Position numbers and translations under genes: made by a program
Assembly: GCA_030431555.1 (NCBI GenBank)
Contig: JAUIIP010000001.1
Span: 2,062 to 66,061, forward strand
Direction: 5' to 3'
Origin: a bacterium
Lineage (GTDB): Bacteria; Bdellovibrionota_C; UBA2361; SZUA-149; JAGRAN01
Length of the DNA stretch: 64,000 nucleotides
In this document: one piece after another, positions 28,858 to 38,550 of the stretch
How the letters are laid out: the number at the start of each line of letters is the position of its first letter
Numbering within the stretch: position 1 is the first letter of the stretch
The notes under the pieces: generated by a model
Told to the model about the DNA's origin: nothing
Seen by the model: the letters and a program-made list of their open reading frames with translations, nothing else
Database searches by the model: none

Positions 28858-30069
28858 TCAGGCTCGACGCGCAGCGGCAGGTTCTGGGCAGGCGGTGTCG
28901 GCCTGAGGCAGTTTAGCACCCTCAATGCCGCGCTCCTCTTTCTGAGGAAAATACTTTTTAAGCTTCAAGAAGTGCTTCTCAAAGAGATGCCAGGACAAAA
29001 GGGCCATGGCGGTAGAAACAGCTAAAACGACAAGAGTGAACGCAACTTGTCCCGGTATGCTTGAGCCTGCAATTCGCCAGGGAAATGTATTTGGTGTGAA
29101 CCAACTGTCTTCAAGCAGGTCCACAAGCGGGCGATTGAATAAATACATGGCGTAGCTGTATTTGCCGAAAAACAGCAGCGTCTTTCTGGTAAGCAGCCAA
29201 TTCACCCAGCCGTTCTGAGCCCTAGACAGCGCCACAATCAATGAAGACCCGAAAAGAAACGCGACTATCGAGTACCCGTATTTAATCATCTCGGGAAGCT
29301 TCTTATTGAAATGCCCTTCGACTAAAAAATGCAGGCCAAAAGCCGAGCAAACTGTAAATGGCACCCATATCCAGGGGAACAGAGCCTTTAAACCCTTCGG
29401 TCCCCTTGCCGCCAAGGCCAGAAATCCGCCTACAGCTAGCGCATCCATCCTAGTATATGTTGCCACATAAATGTGGTTCACCACGTGCTCGCCGCTGTAC
29501 AGCAACATCCAGCGCAGCGCCACTGCGGTTAAAATCAATCCAACGCAAAGTCTCATCATGGCAATTCGCGAAAGTAAGAAAACAAGAAACGGCCAGACGA
29601 TGTAGAACTGTTCTTCGATTGCCAGTGACCAGGTAGGCCCAAGCACCAGATGGCGAAAGCTGCCCTCTTTAACAACTAGAAAATTCGAAAGGTAGCACCA
29701 GTACCACCATTGTTTTGAACCAAGGCTGGGGAAATGATGGGTTAAGCCGGGCAGAACGAAAACCGAAACAGCTACGACTAAAAAGTAGAGCGGAAAGATT
29801 CGCACCGTGCGTCTGGCATAAAAGTTCTTAAAGTAGTGTTTTCCACCCTTTGCGTCATATAGAATTCCGGTAATCAGGAAACCGGAGAGGACGAAGAACA
29901 GGTCAACTCCAACCCAGAGCGAGCGTCCAAACTTGAAGTACCAGTCGTCAATCGGAGCAGTCGCTCTCAAAACTGTGGTGTGAAAAATGATCACGCCGAG
30001 AATCGCAAGGCCGCGAAAGCCATCGAGAACGGGCATATATCCCGAAAGATTCACATTTCTAGCGCGCAC
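28858..30069 (-). CDS. Acyltransferase family 3 (OafA-like)
   Basis: LDGFRGLAILGV..H, GVDLFFVLSGFLIT, RR..RIFPLY, TWSLAIEEQFY, GKYSY. Confidence 0.95.
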   Translation of the reverse strand: MRARNVNLSGYMPVLDGFRGLAILGVIIFHTTVLRATAPIDDWYFKFGRSLWVGVDLFFVLSGFLITGILYDAKGGKHYFKNFYARRTVRIFPLYFLVVAVSVFVLPGLTHHFPSLGSKQWWYWCYLSNFLVVKEGSFRHLVLGPTWSLAIEEQFYIVWPFLVFLLSRIAMMRLCVGLILTAVALRWMLLYSGEHVVNHIYVATYTRMDALAVGGFLALAARGPKGLKALFPWIWVPFTVCSAFGLHFLVEGHFNKKLPEMIKYGYSIVAFLFGSSLIVALSRAQNGWVNWLLTRKTLLFFGKYSYAMYLFNRPLVDLLEDSWFTPNTFPWRIAGSSIPGQVAFTLVVLAVSTAMALLSWHLFEKHFLKLKKYFPQKEERGIEGAKLPQADTACPEPAAARRA

Positions 30070-30084
30070 TACTGACTAACATCC

Positions 30085-30879
30085 TTAGGACCATGAAACG
30101 CCGCTGCAGTAATACAGTGCTGGATAAGCAGCGCCCCACGCAAATAGAAACCGATTGAGGCCGAACATATAAACGTTCGCAACATGAAATAGCAAAGCAG
30201 TTATAATAAATAGCAGACAAATGGACTGATTAAGGAGACTTAGCGGAAATAACACTTCGAATAAAATGATCGACCAGCTTAAACAGGCGAGCAAAGCAGG
30301 CTTCTCGGCGAAAGCTCGCAGCAAGGGCGATACAGGGTATATGCCCGAACATAGGAAGCCTCCAAGGGCTCGTCCAGACCTCCAGTTTACGCGCTTTAGT
30401 TTCACGACCCCGGCAATAAAGAATGAAGACAAGAGCTGAAGCGCGATATAGAGCAGGCAACCCAGTCCGACCAAATGACTTTCAGGGAACAGGCGGGCAA
30501 GCAGCAGAGCCAGCAAGACAACCACTGTCATGTAGTCGCTTCCTCCATTGAAGACCCCTCGCCAGCGCAAGCATACGAGTACCGAAGTCAGCAGAAGAGT
30601 AAAAACCAGCACCGCGTGCGACAGCATTAAGGCAACAGACGCAGCCAAGATTCGCAGAAACAGCACTACGAGAAAATTCGGATAAGCCAATGTTAAATCC
30701 AGAAAAAATCTTACGGGACCTGGGAAGAACTCAAATTCATCCTTAAGAACGGACCAGCTCCAGACTCCATCGTCAGAGAATGATTCCCTAATCGCAAACA
30801 TCTCAGAAGTCTGCAGAATGACAGCCACCGCAATGAGGCGCTCAACCAGCATAAGCGTAGTATTTAGCGAGAGTTCCAA
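30085..30879 (-). CDS. HTTM-like / SdpB-like membrane protein
   Basis: NGGSD, AGVVKL..W.SG, FE..FP, FH..N...FGLN.F motifs. Confidence 0.75.
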   Translation of the reverse strand: MELSLNTTLMLVERLIAVAVILQTSEMFAIRESFSDDGVWSWSVLKDEFEFFPGPVRFFLDLTLAYPNFLVVLFLRILAASVALMLSHAVLVFTLLLTSVLVCLRWRGVFNGGSDYMTVVVLLALLLARLFPESHLVGLGCLLYIALQLLSSFFIAGVVKLKRVNWRSGRALGGFLCSGIYPVSPLLRAFAEKPALLACLSWSIILFEVLFPLSLLNQSICLLFIITALLFHVANVYMFGLNRFLFAWGAAYPALYYCSGVSWS

Positions 30880-31413
30880 CTAATACTCATGCTCCAATGA
30901 AATCAGTATTTCAGTCGCAGAACTCTCCGCTTCCCCCTGCATTAGAGAACTGAGCCTGAACTGGAAGAACACTGGCCCTTCTCCCTCCGGGAGTTCGCTC
31001 CTCGGGATCTGCTTTCTGACCAGCCGCTCGAGCAAGCGGTACGAGACTGAGCTCGCAAACTCTGCCTCAGATCCTTCCGTAACAGACTGCATGTCATTTT
31101 CCACTTGCTGCAAAAGGCCTTGATAGGCCAGTAGTTTGTTGCCCTCGGCGTTAAACAGCAGTTTGTAAAGGTGGCGTCGATCACTCGAGAGACTCTTCCT
31201 CCATGGACCAAAAGCCCCGTCTGCTGCGCGCACACGATGATACAGCACCGGAAGCTCACATAGGTCCTCGAAAAATCTCCACGATGGAAAAAGAACTCGG
31301 AAAAGGTAAATCGCTCTGCCTGGAACGTAGCGCGTGCGAAAAAACAACAAGAACGCTGCTGCTGCCAAGTACAGCGTGAGCAAAAGATATGAACTAAGTG
31401 AAATTTCAAACAC
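30880..31413 (-). CDS. Membrane-anchored partner of the HTTM protein (SdpA-like)
   Basis: N-terminal TM, LFPSWRFFE motif; stop abuts the HTTM gene start. Confidence 0.6.
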   Translation of the reverse strand: MFEISLSSYLLLTLYLAAAAFLLFFRTRYVPGRAIYLFRVLFPSWRFFEDLCELPVLYHRVRAADGAFGPWRKSLSSDRRHLYKLLFNAEGNKLLAYQGLLQQVENDMQSVTEGSEAEFASSVSYRLLERLVRKQIPRSELPEGEGPVFFQFRLSSLMQGEAESSATEILISLEHEY

Positions 31414-31904
31414 GATCGCAAGCTAATCTCTAATCAGAGGCACCAGTACTGCCCGGCACCGCCGGACCAGGATAGCCCAGCGGGGACGATATGAACCGTG
31501 CATAAATATTGCGTTTAGGTCCATTTTATGCAAAAATATACGGTCCTGGCCCTTTTTGATTATTTAGTATTTTCAGACACTTGGCTTCCAGGTCGTTATT
31601 TGAAATCTCATATTTATGACACTCCGGGGAAGAAGAACTATTTCCCTGCGCCTTCGCCGACTAGACGGACCCGTCCTGCTCGCCGAGGTGCAGACGCCTA
31701 CCGACGGTTGATAAAAGACGTTATTTTTTGATCCACTTTTCAAACATTCGGCCCATAAACCCGGCGCGCGGAGCTCTTTAATTCCACCTGGGATTGGAGA
31801 GCTCCGCTCGTTGCGGTTCCTCGCTAGCTCAGTGAGACGGGCCACTGCTTAGTGCGCCCTCCCAAGTCAAAGTCCTAAATTCTCTGTCCTCCAGGAGGGC
31901 TTCA

Positions 31905-32465
31905 ATGCCAAACGAAGAAGTAGTCGTTCGGGTCAGTACACCCGAAGACGTGAGATACGCTCAAGTCGCATCCGCGTTGATAGAGCGAGCCTCACACCAG
32001 CACGAAATCGCGACTCGCTCACCGGAAGAGCTGGCCGAACAGATTCGACTCGGCAACGCCGTCATCGCACTGATCGACGGCGAGCTGATCGGCTTCGGCT
32101 ATTTCAAGGTGTGGTCGGACCTCGCGATTTCACACTCCGGTCTCGTCGTGGAACCTCAGTTCCGCGGACGTAAGATCGGCAAGCGACTCAAGCTTCTGCT
32201 CTGCGAAGAGTCGGAGCGGCGAGTTCCGGATGGAAGGATGATCAGCCTGACCACCTCCCCTCAAGTTCGCCACATGAACACCTCGCTGGAGTTCCGTGTC
32301 GTACCGCTTGTCGAACTCACGATCGACCCGAAATTCTGGGCCGGATGCCGCGGATGTCACAACTTCGCGAGTGTGAATGCTCCGGGCTCTACCGAGGGTG
32401 AACTGACTCCAACCGGTGATCGGTGCTGCTGTGAAGGCATGTGCCGCCGTAATAAGGCTCGGTGA
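31905..32465 (+). CDS. GNAT acyltransferase resembling the Bacteroidota-type N-acylglutamate synthase
   Basis: HSGLVV.P.FRG..IGK.LK, SLTT...V..MN..L, ELT.D..FW.GC.GC.N and CCCEGM; AGGAGG SD. Confidence 0.75.
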   Translation: MPNEEVVVRVSTPEDVRYAQVASALIERASHQHEIATRSPEELAEQIRLGNAVIALIDGELIGFGYFKVWSDLAISHSGLVVEPQFRGRKIGKRLKLLLCEESERRVPDGRMISLTTSPQVRHMNTSLEFRVVPLVELTIDPKFWAGCRGCHNFASVNAPGSTEGELTPTGDRCCCEGMCRRNKAR

Positions 32466-32683
32466 TGGAAGAGAACTCCATTACCAGAGCCGCGCGGTGC
32501 AAATAAGTGGGTCTCTTGCAAAAGAGGATTACCAGGCGTCTGCACCGCTCAATCTCCGATCTCTAGCCGCAGCCAGCTTTAGATCTCATTCTGAGCAGGA
32601 TCGCCCTTCAAGTTAGAAGAACATTGACGATATCGCATCTTAAATGTGACCAATTAATATGGTTCACACCTTGTGAGACGTCG

Positions 32684-33604
32684 ATGAAACTTCAGACTGT
32701 TTACCGCGCTTACGGTTCGATTCCCGCTTCAATTAGAAGAACTGTTGCGCCCGTAGCTCGCGCTTGCCGTCCTATTCTTCAACGGGCAGCATTGTCGTCT
32801 TCTCAACGCAAATTCTGGGAAGAGAACGGCTACCTCATACTGCCTAACTTTTTCAGTGATGATATCGTCGACACCCTCAACTTGTTTGTAGACGAGCTTT
32901 GGAACACCCGTAAACGCCGGCCGGACCTGCCGTTCATGGTCGACTTCGATCACGGGAAGCCGGATCAAAAACGCTGGCCGATTCACGAGGTACCAGACTG
33001 GGGCAGACAGACTATCTACAAGCTAAATGACTTGTACCTTGAATGCCCATTTGTCCGTTTAATGGTGTTGAACCCTGTTCTCTCGGACATTCTTAACTCT
33101 CTATTGGATGGGGAGCCGGTCATCTGCAACACGCTAAACTTCGAATGGGGAAGCGAACAAGACTACCACTTCGATACGTTCTTCATGGCGCCTCAGGAGC
33201 CGAATAAACTAGCAGCTTCGTGGATTGCTCTGGAGGACATAAATGAGAATGCCGGGCCGCTCAAATTCGTACCCGGCTCACATAAAATCCCGCCGTTCAT
33301 ATTTCCCAAAAGCGGAAGCACCGTAGCATCGTTAGAAGAGCTGCCGATGGTGCGAGAATACATAGAGAATGAAGTCACCAAGCGCGGTCTGAAAGAGGAG
33401 TTGTTCCTCGGAAAAAAAGGCGACTGCCTGCTGTGGCACGCTCAGCTGCTGCATGCCGGCAGCAAACACATCGATCGATCGCTTACTCGAAAGAGTATTG
33501 TTACTCATTACTGGCGATGGGATGACCTGCCCGGGGCTGATGTAAGGATCGACCGCAACGGAACAAATTGGCTGTTCCGTCATCACCAGCCGCGGATCAG
33601 GTAG
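32684..33604 (+). CDS. Phytanoyl-CoA dioxygenase (PhyH) family Fe(II)/2OG enzyme
   Basis: Q.YHFD, WIALEDI...AGPL..VPGSHK, KGD.LLWH..L.HAG. Confidence 0.92.
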   Translation: MKLQTVYRAYGSIPASIRRTVAPVARACRPILQRAALSSSQRKFWEENGYLILPNFFSDDIVDTLNLFVDELWNTRKRRPDLPFMVDFDHGKPDQKRWPIHEVPDWGRQTIYKLNDLYLECPFVRLMVLNPVLSDILNSLLDGEPVICNTLNFEWGSEQDYHFDTFFMAPQEPNKLAASWIALEDINENAGPLKFVPGSHKIPPFIFPKSGSTVASLEELPMVREYIENEVTKRGLKEELFLGKKGDCLLWHAQLLHAGSKHIDRSLTRKSIVTHYWRWDDLPGADVRIDRNGTNWLFRHHQPRIR

Positions 33605-35374
33605 CTAGTCGTCCTTCTCTGCGCGCTTTCCCTCAACCATCTCAACAACAGACTGCGGCTCGTGGACGCTGAATTCGCCAGCCGACAGCTTGCGGATATA
33701 CACACGATAAGCCCGCATCGCCTTGTAGCCGAAGACTATTACAATAGGAATATTCATCACCAGCATGCAGCCCATGCCTAGTGTGGTCCACATATCAAGC
33801 TCTCGATCTGTTCGGATGAAAGGCAGAGTCGCCACAAATGCAAGGGCACAATACGCCAGCTTGTAGCCGACAAGTGCAAACTTCGCGAAGGGAGCGTGGC
33901 TTACTATGTAGTAGACAGCCTGCTCGCCGTAGTAATACCAAGATATCATCGTCGATACGGCGAACAGCCAAGAAGCAAGCACAACGAGCCATAACCCCAG
34001 CCCAGGAACTACGCGATCGAAGGCATGTGCGGTCAGCGAAGCCCCAGCGAAATTAACGAATATTCCCGGCCCGTATACTTTGGGAGCTTCCGCCTCAAAG
34101 GTCTCCCACTTTGCGGTATAAGAGCTGTCGGCATTAAGTACCACCGTGCCCTGCACCCGCATATGACTGCCATCTGCTTTCTCGATGATCATGAATACAG
34201 ATTCGCCGTCGGTCCAACCGTACTCATTTACCGGAATCTGTTGAATTCGCTTCGACTCTTCGCTCTTACCCGGAAGAAGCGGAGTCTGGAGCTCCCACTT
34301 TGCGCTGTCGTCGGCAGACCGCACGACCCGCAGCTCCCCAAGTGAAGCAAATGATGCTTCGGGAGCTCGGTTCCATGCGCCGCTGCTAAGAATTACGAGC
34401 GCTGTTACCGTGCAAACCAAGAGCGTATCGATAAACGGCTCCAATCCGGCAACAATACCCTCTCTGACCGGCTCATCTGTTCTAGCGGCACTATGCGCTA
34501 TCGGAGCTGAGCCCCATCCGGCTTCTGAGCTGAACAAGGCGCGCTTTACTCCCCAAATAAAAGCAGTTCCAAGGGAGGCACCCAAGAATGCACCCCCTGC
34601 TGAGGCATCCTCCATGCCGATGCCGGAACGAATTATCATCACAAATATTTCAGGAAGCTGGCCCATGTTAACAGCCAAAACATAAAACCCTGAGATGAGA
34701 TAAATTCCGCACATTAGCGGCACAAGGCGACCCGCTACCGCACCAATACGTTGAATTCCACCAAGGACTACGATCGCAACAGTGATCGCAAGTGCGATGC
34801 CCACAGCTTCGCGCGGAACCGTGGAAAAGTATTGGTTCGTAACGGCCGCGACATTCCATGCTTGAAACATGTTACCGCCGGTAATTGCACCAACCATCGC
34901 AGAGACGCAGAAAAGGCAGCCAAAAAATTTACCAACTGTGGGCAGGCCCCAATCGGTGAATCCGTCTTCGACGACGTACATCGGGCCTCCATGTGGATTT
35001 CCTTCGTCGTCAAATCTGCGCGAGAGCATCGACTGCGTGACCTCTGTCATTTTGAGCGCCATTCCGAATAGACCAATCATCCACATCCAGAACACTGCAC
35101 CCGGACCGCCCAAGGCAATCGCAACTGCTACGCCGCCGATGTTGCCCAAACCGACGGTAGCGGAAAGGGCTGCAGATAAAGCTTGAAAGTGACTAATCGC
35201 TCCGGGGTCGTCGTGCTTGTCATACTTACCGCGTATGACAGCGACACCGTGACCAAGAGCATAATACTGACCAAAGCGCGTCCAGATCGTGCAGCCTACG
35301 GCAGCGAACAATAGCGAGAAGACCGTCACGTCGCTAAAGAGATAGGAGTTAATGGTATTGATGATGTCTTCCAA
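33605..35374 (-). CDS. Alanine/glycine:cation symporter (AGCS) with periplasmic insertion (start uncertain)
   Basis: SHFQAL...LSATVGLGNI.GVA.AI..GGPGAVFWMW, GGPMY, FSSEAG.GSAPIAH, EPFIDT. Confidence 0.92.
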   Translation of the reverse strand: MEDIINTINSYLFSDVTVFSLLFAAVGCTIWTRFGQYYALGHGVAVIRGKYDKHDDPGAISHFQALSAALSATVGLGNIGGVAVAIALGGPGAVFWMWMIGLFGMALKMTEVTQSMLSRRFDDEGNPHGGPMYVVEDGFTDWGLPTVGKFFGCLFCVSAMVGAITGGNMFQAWNVAAVTNQYFSTVPREAVGIALAITVAIVVLGGIQRIGAVAGRLVPLMCGIYLISGFYVLAVNMGQLPEIFVMIIRSGIGMEDASAGGAFLGASLGTAFIWGVKRALFSSEAGWGSAPIAHSAARTDEPVREGIVAGLEPFIDTLLVCTVTALVILSSGAWNRAPEASFASLGELRVVRSADDSAKWELQTPLLPGKSEESKRIQQIPVNEYGWTDGESVFMIIEKADGSHMRVQGTVVLNADSSYTAKWETFEAEAPKVYGPGIFVNFAGASLTAHAFDRVVPGLGLWLVVLASWLFAVSTMISWYYYGEQAVYYIVSHAPFAKFALVGYKLAYCALAFVATLPFIRTDRELDMWTTLGMGCMLVMNIPIVIVFGYKAMRAYRVYIRKLSAGEFSVHEPQSVVEMVEGKRAEKDD

Positions 35375-35466
35375 GGCTGCCTCTACAATCTTTGATTCAC
35401 TCAACGCATTCCTGCGTATCCATACCATTCAAGACAGAAAAACTGAATCAAATGAGGCTGGAAATA

Positions 35467-36495
35467 TCAAGTAGTTTGCGGGTTCAGATGCAGAAATAGA
35501 TCGTTTCTAACCCTGGGATTGCTTATTTTCCAGATGCATCCGTCAATAAAGTAGTGGTGGATATTAACTATAGCTGTAAGTAAAACAGCAATTATTCCAA
35601 GCTTACTGTCGAGGGACACAAGCATGTCTTCAACGCCGAAGAACACGATATAGCCGACTACGACCATTAGCCCATAGTATAACAACATTGGTTTTATGAT
35701 ATCGACGGCACCCCTTTCGCCGCTTAGGCGATTCATCTCAACTCGAAACGGGAAAATTAAATACTGCAGCGCATGAGACAACTGAACCCAAAACAAGGTA
35801 TTCGGGTGACGATTCAGTAAAAGGTACCAAAAGCAAATCGCAGTGTACGGAATAACTACACGCAGCGGCGGAAGGCTGCCGGTTCTCCTAGCGATTTTAA
35901 CAAATAGGGCAAAACCCAATAGCGCAGCAGCGACTGCTGCCAAATCGACAAACGGCTTAACATTTGGAAGCACTGCGGCTAAAGTCGGAAACCTATCGAT
36001 AATAGTGGTGCTGAACCAAACAAGCTGCCAACCAAGCAGGACTTTCAAAATTGCTCGAAATGCTCCGCGCTCACTCTCGGTAAACTTCAAACCGTCAAGA
36101 TAAGCGAACGAGGCCATCATTCCCCAAGTTTGTCCGGTGTAGTGCACCGCCAAATAATACCCCATCACCAAGAGAAAAATGTTGGCGTAATGTGCGTTAT
36201 CCGCAGGACCGAGCGCAAAATACAACGCAAACAAGCAGTACAGCGTAAGCAGCGCAGGCAAATAGAAAGCGGCCCATCTGTACTCTTTAACCATCTCCCT
36301 AGACCCATACAGCAGCCGATACGACGCAATAAAATGCGGGGCGTTAATCAGCGTTGTCAGGATGATGAAGTTTCCAAACAGCAGCGGACCTGTGCGAGAA
36401 GTATCGAGCAGGAGAAAACAGCCGATCACTACTATCGACAAGCCTCCGACACAAAGAACATCTACCGGCTTGGAAATTATCGACCTATCAGTCAT
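35467..36495 (-). CDS. Multi-TM membrane protein with conserved-looking His motifs
   Basis: NAPHF, HYTGQ..G, HALQYL, NIHHYFIDG.IWK. Confidence 0.7.
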   Translation of the reverse strand: MTDRSIISKPVDVLCVGGLSIVVIGCFLLLDTSRTGPLLFGNFIILTTLINAPHFIASYRLLYGSREMVKEYRWAAFYLPALLTLYCLFALYFALGPADNAHYANIFLLVMGYYLAVHYTGQTWGMMASFAYLDGLKFTESERGAFRAILKVLLGWQLVWFSTTIIDRFPTLAAVLPNVKPFVDLAAVAAALLGFALFVKIARRTGSLPPLRVVIPYTAICFWYLLLNRHPNTLFWVQLSHALQYLIFPFRVEMNRLSGERGAVDIIKPMLLYYGLMVVVGYIVFFGVEDMLVSLDSKLGIIAVLLTAIVNIHHYFIDGCIWKISNPRVRNDLFLHLNPQTT

Positions 36496-36575
36496 CCGCA
36501 GCTCCTCGATGCATACTGTAACTCATGTTCACAAATCTGTCTTAAACTTTGCCGGAATATGCTAAGAAACTTTTC

Positions 36576-37754
36576 ATGAACGGACTCGGCGCACAGTTTA
36601 CGAATTCCACCGGCTCGGCCAAGGATGTGATTAAGCCCTTCACCAAGCTTGGCTTAACTGCCTACGGTGGCCCTGCGGCACATATTGCAATGATGGAAGA
36701 CGAGTTTGTTGAGAAGCGGCGATGGATCAGCCGCGAGCACTTTTTGGACCTGGTAGGTGCCACTAACTTAATTCCCGGTCCCAATTCTACAGAAGTTGCG
36801 ATGCATATCGGCCACGAACGAGCTGGGATATGGGGTATGGTCCTGGCAGGCGTGTGCTTCATTGTGCCCGCAGTTCTAAGCACACTTTTGCTCGCAGTGG
36901 CTTATGAAGCTTATGGTGAAGTCCCTCAGCTCGCTCCGCTATTCGACGGAATTAAACCCGCTGTTCTCGTAATAATTGCCGCCGCGGCGTACAGACTCGG
37001 CAAGAAAGCCTTGGCCGGCACTCGGCTTGCCATGATTGCTGCGCTGGTCGCATTAATGAATCTCTGCGGCATCAGCGAGGTTTATTCTTTACTAACCGGT
37101 GGGCTGGCAGGAGCGGTCTGGCTTAAGAGTTCGTCGCCCGGTGTCGGGATAATGGCTTTCGCGACCACTTTTTTCTCCACCAGGGCGGCTGCAGCAAGTG
37201 CCGTGTTCGCTGCCGCCGCCGCAAGCTCCGAAGCCTCAATAGTAAAACTGAGCCTGTTTTTCCTCAAAGTTGGAGCAGTCCTGTACGGCAGCGGCTACGT
37301 CCTAATTGCGTTTCTTGAAGGTGACCTTGTTAATCGATATGGATGGCTCAGCCAGCAGCAACTCCTCGATGCCGTCGCAATCGGGCAGTTCACGCCAGGG
37401 CCCGTCCTGTCGACCGCTGCCTTCATCGGTTATCTCATCGGAGGCTACATCGGCGCACTGAGTGCCGCCTTTGCGATCTTTCTCCCGTCCTTCTTTTTCG
37501 TGTTGATTCTTAATCCGCTGATCCCCCGGCTAAGAAAATCAACCTGGACTTCGTGCTTCCTCGACGCGGTTAACGCATCAGCTGTCGCGCTGATGTTCGT
37601 CGTAATATTTCGCTTAGGCGCAGTGTCGCTTGTCGCCTGGAAGCCTGCGGTTGTTTTTCTGGTTGTTGCAGCCCTGTATTTATTGCGCACGCCGAGCACA
37701 CCCCTGCTTATTGCACTCGGCGCGGCGATTGGTTACTTCCTGCACCTGATCTAA
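36576..37754 (+). CDS. chrA: Chromate efflux transporter
   Basis: AYGGPAAHIAMM, IPGPNSTE, YGSGYVL, GQFTPGPV. Confidence 0.94.
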   Translation: MNGLGAQFTNSTGSAKDVIKPFTKLGLTAYGGPAAHIAMMEDEFVEKRRWISREHFLDLVGATNLIPGPNSTEVAMHIGHERAGIWGMVLAGVCFIVPAVLSTLLLAVAYEAYGEVPQLAPLFDGIKPAVLVIIAAAAYRLGKKALAGTRLAMIAALVALMNLCGISEVYSLLTGGLAGAVWLKSSSPGVGIMAFATTFFSTRAAAASAVFAAAAASSEASIVKLSLFFLKVGAVLYGSGYVLIAFLEGDLVNRYGWLSQQQLLDAVAIGQFTPGPVLSTAAFIGYLIGGYIGALSAAFAIFLPSFFFVLILNPLIPRLRKSTWTSCFLDAVNASAVALMFVVIFRLGAVSLVAWKPAVVFLVVAALYLLRTPSTPLLIALGAAIGYFLHLI

Positions 37755-37984
37755 ATTGACGAAGGCGGGTCGCTAAGCTCAACCGCTTCTATCCATTCGA
37801 TTCTGGATAGCTTGCTTATCATCGAATCCTCAACGGTCTCGTCGATAATTCCATACACCTCGAATTCCGCTCCATCCTCAACGCATTCCAAACCGATACT
37901 TTCCAAGCATTTCCTATCAGAGTCGAGCAAACGTTCACGTAAAATTGACAAATGCAGATACCGATAACCGTTGTAAGTGATCAT
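37751..37984 (-). CDS. Small hypothetical protein
   Basis: 77 aa, GGGGAG SD before ATG. Confidence 0.55.
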   Translation of the reverse strand: MITYNGYRYLHLSILRERLLDSDRKCLESIGLECVEDGAEFEVYGIIDETVEDSMISKLSRIEWIEAVELSDPPSSI

Positions 37985-38337
37985 AACGTTCTCCCCTAGT
38001 GCCTCGCAGTGATGAAAATAATTCTAGGCGCGCGATCGAATCTCATTCCAGTTCGTTTGCGAACTTTCTGTAGAACTGTTGTTCGAAAGTTAAAAAAAGT
38101 TGAAAGGCGAAAGTTTCGTTATTCGCGCATCGTGGCTTGACAACCCTGCTCTGTTCCGAACTCCACCGCTGACTTGAATAGCGTTCGAAGATATGTCTCT
38201 CCAAATGTGTCTTTTCTGCGCGATTGCTGTATAACCTTAGTACAGCTAGCCCTGAGCGCAGGCATCTAAGAGTCCCTTTTCACTGCGTTTTCACTCGGGC
38301 CAGGACTTGCACAAAGCTTGCATTACTAGTGTTTACT

Positions 38338-38541
38338 ATGGACACGAGAACTAAATTGCCGCGCTATTTCAGACCGCCCGTTTGCTGCGAGTGCGGTAAG
38401 GAACTGCCGCAGCGAAGAGCCAGTTACGAAAGTGCCCAGCGTCTCTACTGCGAGACATGCGAGCAGCTCGGTCGCACAAAAACTGACTGGAAGCCGATTC
38501 GCTACGGCAAGGTTTCCGGCATGTTCGTGGTAAAAGATTAA
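38338..38541 (+). CDS. Small TraR/DksA-like C4 zinc-finger protein
   Basis: CECGKELPQRR...LYCETCE matches the CxxCG..IP..R...CxxC pattern. Confidence 0.55.
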   Translation: MDTRTKLPRYFRPPVCCECGKELPQRRASYESAQRLYCETCEQLGRTKTDWKPIRYGKVSGMFVVKD

Positions 38542-38550
38542 CGCGTCTCA

